A stretch of 64,000 nt of DNA. It comes from Clostridiaceae bacterium (GTDB lineage Bacteria > Bacillota > Clostridia > Saccharofermentanales > DTU023). A program made the position numbers and the translations under genes. Shown here piece after piece: positions 1 through 8,270 of this stretch. Every line of letters begins with the position of its first letter. The stretch's first letter is position 1. Under the pieces are notes generated by a model. The model was not told where the DNA came from and made no database searches. It saw only the letters and a program-made list of their open reading frames with translations. Location: NCBI GenBank assembly GCA_012838135.1, contig DUPV01000054.1, forward strand, positions 4,270-68,269, written 5' to 3'.

Positions 1-326
1 AGCTGAAGATGAAACCGCTGGTGGTCGCCTCCGCTTGTTTGTCCAGAGGCAGCGAGGAGGCGATCGCAAATCTGCTGAAAGCAGGTGAAGATCCGTATGT
101 GATACATGCCTGTGAGAGGGAGCCGATGGAAGAAGCTCTAAAAACGCTTCGTCCCAGGTTTTATGTGGGACATGCTCCGCATGAAAAAGTTTCCGCCCTT
201 GGAATTCGACATATAGGCTGTTTTATGGCTGAGCCGGAACATTTGGGTTTTCGTTCGATTGACAACTTCCTCCTGCGGCTCGAAAGTGCTGCGATGCAGA
301 CACCTGCAGAAAAGGGGTGTGATTAG
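1..326 (+). CDS. C-terminal fragment of a probable nitrogenase component-1-like (NifD/K/E/N family) oxidoreductase subunit; 5' end lies outside the window
   Basis: The ORF is open to the left window edge (frame from nt 3). Its TAG stop at 324-326 lies one nt before the GTG of the next, recognisably NifD/K-like ORF. The call rests on this tight pairing and shared GC-rich composition, not on a motif I can name in the fragment. Confidence 0.35.
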   Translation, partial: LKMKPLVVASACLSRGSEEAIANLLKAGEDPYVIHACEREPMEEALKTLRPRFYVGHAPHEKVSALGIRHIGCFMAEPEHLGFRSIDNFLLRLESAAMQTPAEKGCD

Positions 327-327
327 C

Positions 328-1482
328 GTGCCTTTGTATAAGACTCTCCCCCCGCCTTCCGAGCGAATGGGTATGCTTTGGGCTTTATCCGGAGTCAGAG
401 ATATAGCTGTCATCGATTATGGCCCGGAGGGGACACTTGCATATTTCTATCATTCTTTGGCTCATTTAGGCACAAGTCTTAAAAACCGCATGTACACGCT
501 GGGTACAAAAGAGGATGAAATCATTTTTGGGAACAGCAATCGTCTTTTCTCGGCAATTGAAGGAATAGCGGACCGGTTTAAGCCCGAAGCGATATTTGTC
601 TCGCAGGCACCCGTATCGGAGATTATAGGAGATGACCTTGAGAGCCTCTGCAAATCTGCAGAGAAAAAAAGCGGCATAGCGGTCGTCCTTCTTCCGAACT
701 GCGGTCTGAAGATAGGTGCGGAAAAAGGGATCAGATATGTGCTGAACCTGCTGACTCAAATGTTTGCTGTGGAAAGCATGGAAAAAGATAATACGCTCCG
801 ATGCAATTTGCTTGGAAGCTGCTGCGATGAATATGGGTTTTATCAGGATGCGGAAGAGATATCCCGCATGATGGAAAGCTATTTTCAGATGAGTGTAAAC
901 TGCGTCTTTCCGAGCGACTGCAGTGTAGAGAATATCAGATCTATGAGCAGGGCGGATATCAATCTGGTTTTACGGGAAGAAGCACTGGATTCGGCGATCT
1001 TGTTGGAAGAAAGATTCGGCATACCATATGTTTGCGGCAGACCGTATGGACCTGCAGATATCAAAAGATGGGCAAATGAGATAGGAGAATTCATAAAGCG
1101 TAGTCCGTCCGGCAGCTTGGATGAAGAGCTCAATTCGGCTTGGGTGGAAATAAAAGAGCTGAGCTTTCTCAGAGGAAAGCGCGCTTATATATGCGGAAGC
1201 GCAGAGACAGCGAAGGGGCTGACAAACTTATTAAAAGGTTTGGATATGGAAGCCGAATGTCATATCAATACTGAAGACAGGGATATAGCAACATTTTCTT
1301 CGGATATATCTGATTATGATTATGTCTTGGCAGACGAGTTTACCATAGATAAGTTTCAAAAGCAATCATCTGTGAATAGCATCCGCATAGCAAATCCTGT
1401 GAAAAAAATCGATGGACCCCGATTAGGTTATTGTGGAATCCACGGCCTTATTGCCCTGGTCAATATGTTAAAAAAACAATAA
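328..1482 (+). CDS. nitrogenase component-1-type oxidoreductase subunit (NifD/K/E/N - BchN/B family), non-canonical
   Basis: GTG at 328 is preceded by AAAGGGGTG. Family backbone motifs are present: YGPEGT (cf. HGPxGC), KEDEIIFGNSNRL (cf. EKDIVFGG..L), VSEIIGDDLESL (cf. IGLIGDDIES) and ERFGIPYV. Two Cys positions used by NifD for cluster ligation are Thr and Ala here. Confidence 0.6.
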   Translation: MPLYKTLPPPSERMGMLWALSGVRDIAVIDYGPEGTLAYFYHSLAHLGTSLKNRMYTLGTKEDEIIFGNSNRLFSAIEGIADRFKPEAIFVSQAPVSEIIGDDLESLCKSAEKKSGIAVVLLPNCGLKIGAEKGIRYVLNLLTQMFAVESMEKDNTLRCNLLGSCCDEYGFYQDAEEISRMMESYFQMSVNCVFPSDCSVENIRSMSRADINLVLREEALDSAILLEERFGIPYVCGRPYGPADIKRWANEIGEFIKRSPSGSLDEELNSAWVEIKELSFLRGKRAYICGSAETAKGLTNLLKGLDMEAECHINTEDRDIATFSSDISDYDYVLADEFTIDKFQKQSSVNSIRIANPVKKIDGPRLGYCGIHGLIALVNMLKKQ

Positions 1483-1509
1483 AAAACATTAAAGAAGGGA
1501 AGATTCAAA

Positions 1510-2619
1510 ATGAAAAAAAAGTTAGCTTTGATACTTGTTATCTGTATGATGATGGTAGCATTGTTTTCCGGTTGCGGAAACAAGGATAGTGAAACCCCGT
1601 CTTCGGTAAATACTGAACAGGAAAAACCGAATACACGAATTGTTACAGATTTCACGGGCAAAGAAATTGAACTGCCCCCACCGGACGAGATTAAAAGAGT
1701 TCTTATCGCCTCTCCCCCTGTTCCCTCGACTTATTTTGATGTGATGAAGGGTTCGGCAGGGTTGGTCGGTGCAACGGAACGCGCGTTTACCTGGGGAAAC
1801 TCGAAGGTTATGGATCTCATCGTTCCGAACTGGCGAGAAATCAACACTACATGGATAAAGGGCAACACCTGTAATGTAGAGGAAATTCTGGCTTTGGAAC
1901 CGGATTTGGTAATCGTCTATGGAAAGGAGCAGGCGGAAGGATTGGATGTTTTGCCGATGCCTGTTCTCAACTTCCTGGAAAGCAGCAAGGATAACGAGCA
2001 GACTACGATCAATCGCGATAAATTTATGCGAGAGATATTCGGAGTCGATAGCGATACATCTTTGGAAGAAGAATGGAAAACTGCAAATGAAAAGGTTGCA
2101 CAATGCTTATCTGCCGTTGAGGGGCAGCCACAGCCAAAAGCACTCATGATTTTCAACAATACCGGAGAAAAGATCACAGTCCGCGGTTCCAACACATACG
2201 GTGATTCATGGATAACAAAAAGCGGAATGATCAATGTCGCCGCAGAAGTTGAGGGCGACGGTGTCGAGGTGACCATGGAGCAGATCTACCAATGGAATCC
2301 GGATATCATTATTGTCCACGGCGGATTACCTGAAACGGATTACCTGACCAATTCCATCAGTGGACAGGACTGGTCTCAGGTAGAAGCATTCAAGAACGGC
2401 CGTATCTATTATACACCGAAAGGAATTTCCGCCTGGACCGCACCGAATGCCGACTCTCCTATGATGGCCCAGTGGATGGTTATGAGAGCTTATCCGGACA
2501 CATATCCCGAAGAGGAGTTTGTTTCAAATCTGATTTCTTATTACCAACGCAGGTACGGTGTCGAAATTACAGAAGACTTGGCAGAGGAAATTATCTGGCC
2601 GCACGGACCGGCAGAATAA
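1510..2619 (+). CDS. ABC importer substrate-binding lipoprotein, FecB/BtuF-type (metal-chelate / siderophore / corrinoid class)
   Basis: RBS GAAGGGAAG upstream. Signal peptide with lipobox LFSG-C (Cys22). EPDLVIVYG and NPDIIIVHG-type motifs are typical of Peripla_BP_2 proteins. It sits directly upstream of a FecCD permease and ATPase. Confidence 0.8.
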   Translation: MKKKLALILVICMMMVALFSGCGNKDSETPSSVNTEQEKPNTRIVTDFTGKEIELPPPDEIKRVLIASPPVPSTYFDVMKGSAGLVGATERAFTWGNSKVMDLIVPNWREINTTWIKGNTCNVEEILALEPDLVIVYGKEQAEGLDVLPMPVLNFLESSKDNEQTTINRDKFMREIFGVDSDTSLEEEWKTANEKVAQCLSAVEGQPQPKALMIFNNTGEKITVRGSNTYGDSWITKSGMINVAAEVEGDGVEVTMEQIYQWNPDIIIVHGGLPETDYLTNSISGQDWSQVEAFKNGRIYYTPKGISAWTAPNADSPMMAQWMVMRAYPDTYPEEEFVSNLISYYQRRYGVEITEDLAEEIIWPHGPAE

Positions 2620-2633
2620 AGCATAAATATAGA

Positions 2634-2669
2634 GGATGACCGGAAGAATTAGCTTCTTCTTGGTCATCC
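2634..2669 (+). promoter_or_regulatory. intercistronic stem-loop between SBP and permease genes
   Basis: GGATGACC (2634-2641) pairs with GGTCATCC (2662-2669), and an inner GAAGA/TCTTC pairing extends the stem. No T-run follows, so it is more likely an mRNA-stabilising or processing hairpin than a terminator. Confidence 0.35.
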
Positions 2670-2706
2670 GTTGTAAAGTGTAGGCTGTTCGGTGGAGGAG
2701 ATTTGG

Positions 2707-3732
2707 GTGAACGAAAAAAGAAAGTATTATTTGCTTCTTTTAATTATACTTATAGCCGGTGTGCTTATCGGCTTTTCCGGACTTTTTTTGGGCCGTTTTT
2801 TAGTTCCGCCCAAGGAGGTTCTGAATACAATAGCCGACTCTCTGAATTCTTATATTTTTGGGATTGGGACAAAGCCGGAAGGTATCTACAGAGTTGTTGT
2901 GATGAACATAAGGCTCCCTCGAATACTTTTGAACATCATAGTGGGTGCAAGTTTAGCTGTCGCAGGCACAGCATATCAGGGAATTTTTTGCAATCAGCTT
3001 GTAAGTCCGGATGTATTAGGGGTCAGCGCAGGCGCGGGGTTCGGGGCTTCACTCGGAATTATACTTACTTCCTCGGTGGGAACTGTAACGACATCGCTTG
3101 CTTTAGCATTCGGTCTACTCAGTGTCTTTTTGACTTTTACCATTTCAAAGTTGGGTAAAACTTCTTCTCCCCTAACTCTTGTTCTTTCCGGAATGATTGT
3201 ATCATCAGTCTTCAACGCTTTGATTTCTCTCATGAAATTCATTGCCGATGTTGAAGATCAGCTTCCGGTCATTACATTTTGGCTTTTGGGAAGCTTTTCA
3301 AACACCACTTATGCAGATGTCATTTCGATCATAGTTCCGGTAACGGTCGGAATACTTGTTATCATGGCAATGCGATGGAAGCTGAACATTTTATCCCTTG
3401 GAGATGAGGAGGCGCATACTCTGGGGGTTGATGCCAAAAGAGTAAGGACAATAATCATCGTTGCAGCGACGGTCATTACGGCGGCATGTGTTACGGTAAC
3501 CGGCATTATTACATGGGTTGGTCTTGTACTGCCGAATATCTGCAGGATTTTAATCGGCTCCGACCACCGATATTTGTTGCCACTGTCATGTGTGTCAGGC
3601 AGTATTTTTATGATAATCGTTGATCTGATTGCCAGAACATTGACGGCGGCTGAGATTCCGATCGGCGTTTTAACTGCCTTGGTCGGCGCACCTTTCTTTG
3701 CATTCTCTTTCTATCAGATGGAGAGGAATTAA
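2707..3732 (+). CDS. FecCD/BtuC-family ABC transporter permease
   Basis: Multi-TM protein with the typical FecCD sequence character (RLPRILL.., GASLAVAG, LGDEEA..LG, GxIxWVGLVxP). The GTG at 2707 lies 6 nt after GGAGGAG, so the ORF-track start at 2692 falls inside the RBS. Confidence 0.85.
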   Translation: MNEKRKYYLLLLIILIAGVLIGFSGLFLGRFLVPPKEVLNTIADSLNSYIFGIGTKPEGIYRVVVMNIRLPRILLNIIVGASLAVAGTAYQGIFCNQLVSPDVLGVSAGAGFGASLGIILTSSVGTVTTSLALAFGLLSVFLTFTISKLGKTSSPLTLVLSGMIVSSVFNALISLMKFIADVEDQLPVITFWLLGSFSNTTYADVISIIVPVTVGILVIMAMRWKLNILSLGDEEAHTLGVDAKRVRTIIIVAATVITAACVTVTGIITWVGLVLPNICRILIGSDHRYLLPLSCVSGSIFMIIVDLIARTLTAAEIPIGVLTALVGAPFFAFSFYQMERN

Positions 3733-3734
3733 CC

Positions 3735-4523
3735 ATGGTCGTAGAAGTAATAAATGGCAGCTTCCGTTATGAAAAAAATACTCCATTGCTTGAAAACATT
3801 TCGTTCAAGGTTGAACAAGGAAAAGTTCTTGCCGTCGTAGGACCGAACGGGAGCGGGAAAACAACTCTTCTTAAATGTCTTCTGGGTATCCTTGAATGGA
3901 ACCGGGGTGCAACACATATTGATGGTAAAAAAGCGTACAAAACCGAGCATTACATGGAAATTGGATATGTGCCTCAGGCATATAATATGTCGTTTCCCTA
4001 CAGAGTGGGCGAAATGGTATTGATGGGGTGTAATAAGCAGTTGTCCGGATTAAGTGTCCCATCCAAAGCCGATATAAAAAGGGCGGATGATGCTATGAAA
4101 ATGGTGGGAATCTTCGATTTGGATTTGAAAGACCGACTATGTACAAAAATAAGCGGGGGACAGCTTCAGATGGTTTTTATTGCGCGTGCTTTGGCCGGAT
4201 CCCCTAAAATGCTTGTCATGGATGAGCCCGAATCGCATCTGGATTTAAAGAACCAGTATTCGATCCTCAGGATGATTAAAAGGCTGGTCAGGGAGAACAA
4301 TATGTCCTTTATAATCAACACACATTACCCGGATCACGCTCTTCGACTGGCAGATGATTGTTTAATTATATATTCCGGAAAATGGATTCATGGCCCTGTG
4401 AGAGATATTCTAACGGCGGAGACTTTAAAGACCTGTTTTGGCGTAAATGCGAAACCGATAAAAATAAAATCAAATCGCGGCGTCGATTTCGACTCTATTG
4501 TGGTCATCGAAGATCTTGAATAA
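3735..4523 (+). CDS. ABC transporter ATP-binding protein (FecE/BtuD-like)
   Basis: Walker A GPNGSGKTT, signature ISGGQLQM, Walker B LVMDEP. Starts 2 nt after the permease stop. Confidence 0.9.
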   Translation: MVVEVINGSFRYEKNTPLLENISFKVEQGKVLAVVGPNGSGKTTLLKCLLGILEWNRGATHIDGKKAYKTEHYMEIGYVPQAYNMSFPYRVGEMVLMGCNKQLSGLSVPSKADIKRADDAMKMVGIFDLDLKDRLCTKISGGQLQMVFIARALAGSPKMLVMDEPESHLDLKNQYSILRMIKRLVRENNMSFIINTHYPDHALRLADDCLIIYSGKWIHGPVRDILTAETLKTCFGVNAKPIKIKSNRGVDFDSIVVIEDLE

Positions 4524-4680
4524 AACGCCTCGCCCTCTACCTTGCTACTGTCTGTAGCAACAACCCTGATTCCGAAAGCCCTAGTGCGACTATCCATCGC
4601 TCTGTTTCCTCAGCATCCGTAAGGTCCTTTTTATTGAGTACGTATATCCGCTCCTTCTCAGGGGGAGCGAGGATTACATT

Positions 4681-5505
4681 CTAATCCGCCCAATCACCGA
4701 CACCGTTCCATATTGAGGATAATTGACTGCACAGCACAGGGTAACGCTCTGTTACAGTAAAAAAGACATCCTGCATGGCTTTCATGCCGTGTGCATTATA
4801 GAGTTCTTTACCTAAGTTTCTTATATAGTCTCGATTCTTTTCGAGAGGCGTACCACCCAAAACAGCGGTGCCGCACATGGCAGAAAGATCATTAACCGCC
4901 ATCGTGACATGTTCCTGATAATCAAACATGCTTACACTTACTTGCCGTTTCAGATGGATGCCCGGCAATACAGCCTTGGAGTAATCTGTTCCCATCGGAA
5001 ATCCTTTGATTTTAATATTCGGGCTTGCAGCCACAACAACACTTGCCCAAAGATTTGGGTTAATCTCAAAATCGCGTCCTCGATCGTGCAGAATGCCAAA
5101 ATCGAAGCCGTGATATTCCAAGCCTTCACTGCCGATCTTTTTGGCAAAATAAGTATGACTAACTGTATTGTTTGCAAGTATATCCATGACAAGCATATAC
5201 AAAGGCTTATTATGGGAAACTAAATGCTCATGGATTGTGACTATGCAATCCGCAAGCGTAGTGGATATTTTTGCGCTTTGGTCTGCCGATACTTGTAAAG
5301 TGAAAAATTCTTGAAATCCGCCATATGTAATTGTTCGACCGTTGACGACTGAAACCACTCCCATAGTTTTAGGATGGAAGTAATATTGCATCTCCGGCGT
5401 ATGTTCTCCGGGGATGTTTACAACTTCTTGACCACATTGCTTACACCTTAAAGTATAATGCTCATTGCCTGCTAATGCTTGATTTTTCTTTTTGAACAGG
5501 TCCAT
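4681..5505 (-). CDS. hypothetical protein (274 aa), no family recognised
   Basis: ATG at 5505 is preceded by GGAGGATATATT. The ORF-track start at 5571 lacks an RBS. There is an N-terminal CxxC (CKQCG) but no second Cys pair. It is convergent with the ABC operon. Confidence 0.6.
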   Translation of the reverse strand: MDLFKKKNQALAGNEHYTLRCKQCGQEVVNIPGEHTPEMQYYFHPKTMGVVSVVNGRTITYGGFQEFFTLQVSADQSAKISTTLADCIVTIHEHLVSHNKPLYMLVMDILANNTVSHTYFAKKIGSEGLEYHGFDFGILHDRGRDFEINPNLWASVVVAASPNIKIKGFPMGTDYSKAVLPGIHLKRQVSVSMFDYQEHVTMAVNDLSAMCGTAVLGGTPLEKNRDYIRNLGKELYNAHGMKAMQDVFFTVTERYPVLCSQLSSIWNGVGDWAD

Positions 5506-5718
5506 AATATATCCTCCATTCTTTTTTATATAGATTTTTATAATTCCACGATAATCCCATAAAAAATACAATCTTAATCTCTGTCAAGCATACATATATA
5601 CAAAAAATTTTCAAATCTTTTCTGAAAATTCTCTACAACTTGTAATGCTCTTCAGATACATAAATGTTTTTAGCTAAATATAGTAATTATTATTTACCTC
5701 AAGATTAACTCTAAAATC

Positions 5719-5732
5719 GTGATAACAATCAC
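5719..5732. promoter_or_regulatory. CRP/FNR-type palindrome GTGAT-N4-ATCAC (xGTGA-N6-TCACx) upstream of pflB
   Basis: The sequence cGTGATaacaATCACt lies about 115-130 nt upstream of the pflB ATG. It matches the core of the classical TGTGA-N6-TCACA half-site arrangement. Confidence 0.3.
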
Positions 5733-5847
5733 TGCATTGAATATTCATTCATTTATGCTAAACATATCCGGAGTATATAAATCAGTATTAGTTCCTTATT
5801 AAAATAAAAAATATTATTCGTCAAATTAATCGTTGGAAAGGAATATT

Positions 5848-8118
5848 ATGAGCAATAATTTTACAGAAGAAAGAAAAAAAGCATGGCAAGGTTTTAAACT
5901 TGATAATTGGGCTGAAACAATCGATACCAGAAATTTTATCCAAAAAAATTATCAACCGTATACCGGAACAGATTCTTTTTTGGAGGAACCTACTGAAAAT
6001 ACAACATTCTTATGGAATAAAGTCAATGATATGATTCAGGATGAAGTGCGTAACAAGACCGTTACTGTTGATTTGTCTCGCTTCAGCGGCATTGACAAAT
6101 TTGATGCCGGTTACATAGATAAGGACAAAGAATTAATCGTAGGTTTACAGACTGATGAGCCCATGAAAAGAATGATGAATCCGTATGGCGGTTTCAGAAT
6201 GGTTAAAGGCTCCTTAAAAGCTTACAATTTAGAAATTGATCCGAAAATGGAAGAACATTTTACTGAATTCCGTAAAACCCATAATGACGGTGTATTTGAT
6301 GCTTATACCGATGAAATGCGCACAGTCAGATCTGTCGGTTTATTGACCGGATTGCCTGATGCTTATGGTCGCGGCAGAATTATCGGTGATTATCGTCGAG
6401 TTGCTCTATATGGTATTGACTATTTAATTCAAGAACGTATCAAAGATAAAAAGAATCTGACCGGCGATGCAACTGAAGAAATCATTCGTAAACGCGAAGA
6501 ATTCTCCGAGCAAATTCGTGCCTTGCAAGCCATGAAATCAATGGCAGCAAAATACGGCTTTGATATCGGTCGTCCTGCTTATAATGCACAAGAGGCAATT
6601 CAATGGCTCTACTTCGGATATTTAGCCGCAATCAAAGAAAATAACGGCGCAGCTATGAGTATAGGCAAGAACACAACTTTCTTGGATATTTATATTCAAC
6701 GTGATTTAGATAGCGGAACATTAACCGAAAAAAAAGCCCAGGAATTAATTGATCAATTTGTAATCAAGTTGCGTTTGGTTCGTCATTTGAGAACGCCTGA
6801 ATATGATGAATTATTCGCCGGTGATCCGACCTGGGTTACGGAAAGTATCGGCGGTATGGGTGAAGATGGTCGTACTCTGGTAACCAAAACCGCTTTCCGT
6901 TTCTTACATACGTTAACGAATTTAGATACATCGCCTGAGCCCAATATGACTGTATTATGGTCAAATGATTTGCCGCGCGGATTTAAAGATTATTGTGCCA
7001 AAATGAGTATCCGAACTGATTCAATTCAATATGAAAATGATGATTTGCTCCGTCCGATTTATGGCGATGACTGTGCAATCGCTTGCTGTGTATCGGCAAT
7101 GCAAGTCGGTAAACAAATGCAATTTTTCGGTGCCAGAGCGAATTTAGGTAAAGCTTTGCTCTATGCTCTGAACGGTGGTATTGATGAAATCAAAAGAGAT
7201 AAACACGGTAATTTAATCAAGGTAATTGATGGAATCGAGAAAAATACAGAAGAAATTTTAACCTATGATAAAGTTATGGTCGATTTCAAAAAAGTAATGG
7301 ACAAATTAGCAAAAATTTATGTGAATACGATGAACACCATTCATTACATGCATGATAAATATGCTTATGAGGCCGGCCAACTGGCATTACATGATCCGCA
7401 AGTTCACATCTTTATGGCATTTGGCATTGCCGGTATTTCAATTGTTGCCGACTCCCTATCCGCTATTAAATACGCTGCAGTTCGTCCGATTCGTGATGAA
7501 AACGGAATTACCGTTGATTTTGAAATCGAAGGAGATTTCCCGAAATTCGGTAATGATGATGATCGTGTTGATAACATTGCTCAAGACGTTTCGCAGTACT
7601 TCATGGATGCCTTGAAAAAAACACCTGCTTATCGCAATGCAGAACATACATTATCCTTATTGACCATTACCTCAAATGTAACTTACGGCAAGAAAACAGG
7701 TGCTACACCTGACGGTCGTAAAAAAGGTGAACCGTTTGCTCCCGGTGCAAATCCTATGCATGGCAGAGATGAGTCCGGCGCTTTAGCATCCCTGAATTCA
7801 GTCGCTAAATTAAAATATCAAGGATGCTGCCAAGACGGTATTTCCAATACATTCTCGATCATTCCGAGTTCACTCGGGAAAAATAGTCAGGAAAGAGTTA
7901 ATAACTTGGTAAATATTTTAGACGGTTATTTCAAACAAGATGCCTTCCATATTAATGTCAACGTTTTGGAAAGAGCATTATTGATTGATGCCATGAATCA
8001 TCCTGAAAAATATCCGAACCTTACGATTCGCGTTTCCGGTTATGCCGTACGATTCAATCAATTGGACCGGGAACAGCAAGAAGATGTTCTTGCCAGAACA
8101 TTCCATGAAGCTTTATAA
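5848..8118 (+). CDS. pflB: pyruvate formate-lyase (formate C-acetyltransferase)
   Basis: Glycyl-radical motif RVSGYAVRF near the C-terminus and active-site Cys-Cys (IACCVSAM). The roughly 756-aa length is typical. ATG at 5848 follows GGAAAGGA. Confidence 0.95.
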   Translation: MSNNFTEERKKAWQGFKLDNWAETIDTRNFIQKNYQPYTGTDSFLEEPTENTTFLWNKVNDMIQDEVRNKTVTVDLSRFSGIDKFDAGYIDKDKELIVGLQTDEPMKRMMNPYGGFRMVKGSLKAYNLEIDPKMEEHFTEFRKTHNDGVFDAYTDEMRTVRSVGLLTGLPDAYGRGRIIGDYRRVALYGIDYLIQERIKDKKNLTGDATEEIIRKREEFSEQIRALQAMKSMAAKYGFDIGRPAYNAQEAIQWLYFGYLAAIKENNGAAMSIGKNTTFLDIYIQRDLDSGTLTEKKAQELIDQFVIKLRLVRHLRTPEYDELFAGDPTWVTESIGGMGEDGRTLVTKTAFRFLHTLTNLDTSPEPNMTVLWSNDLPRGFKDYCAKMSIRTDSIQYENDDLLRPIYGDDCAIACCVSAMQVGKQMQFFGARANLGKALLYALNGGIDEIKRDKHGNLIKVIDGIEKNTEEILTYDKVMVDFKKVMDKLAKIYVNTMNTIHYMHDKYAYEAGQLALHDPQVHIFMAFGIAGISIVADSLSAIKYAAVRPIRDENGITVDFEIEGDFPKFGNDDDRVDNIAQDVSQYFMDALKKTPAYRNAEHTLSLLTITSNVTYGKKTGATPDGRKKGEPFAPGANPMHGRDESGALASLNSVAKLKYQGCCQDGISNTFSIIPSSLGKNSQERVNNLVNILDGYFKQDAFHINVNVLERALLIDAMNHPEKYPNLTIRVSGYAVRFNQLDREQQEDVLARTFHEAL

Positions 8119-8136
8119 TCTTTACGAATGAATCTT

Positions 8137-8172
8137 AAAAAGTGACTGCCTCCAAGAGGCATTCACTTTTTT
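8137..8172 (+). terminator. rho-independent terminator/attenuator between pflB and pflA
   Basis: AAAAAGTGACTGCCTC / GAGGCATTCACTTTTT hairpin with one mismatch, followed by a T-run ending at 8172. It begins 19 nt after the pflB stop. Confidence 0.65.
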
Positions 8173-8270
8173 CAGTATTTCTCAAAGTCGGAGGTCTGAA
8201 TACCAGAATTTGTACAGTTCAAGATTCTGGACAGAAACCGTGTTTTAAAACAGTAAGGGAATTATTGACA

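Noticed and set aside
1522-2276. Long antisense ORFs (1522..2103, 1917..2276, and also 2703..3158, 52112..52537, 53396..53716 and 56835..57296).
   Set aside because: They lie entirely within, and opposite to or out of frame with, strongly supported genes in the GC-richer blocks (SBP, permease, hppA, nfo). Their composition is low-complexity and they have no RBS. They are typical shadow ORFs.
8142-8270. The ORF-track N-terminal extension of pflA (43 aa), and similar extensions at 259-327, 5506-5571, 18123-18179, 27400-27441, 29045-29167 and 37738-37809.
   Set aside because: The extensions run through terminators, upstream genes or intergenic sequence and lack an RBS. In each case an internal ATG or GTG with a good Shine-Dalgarno sequence gives the conserved N-terminus.
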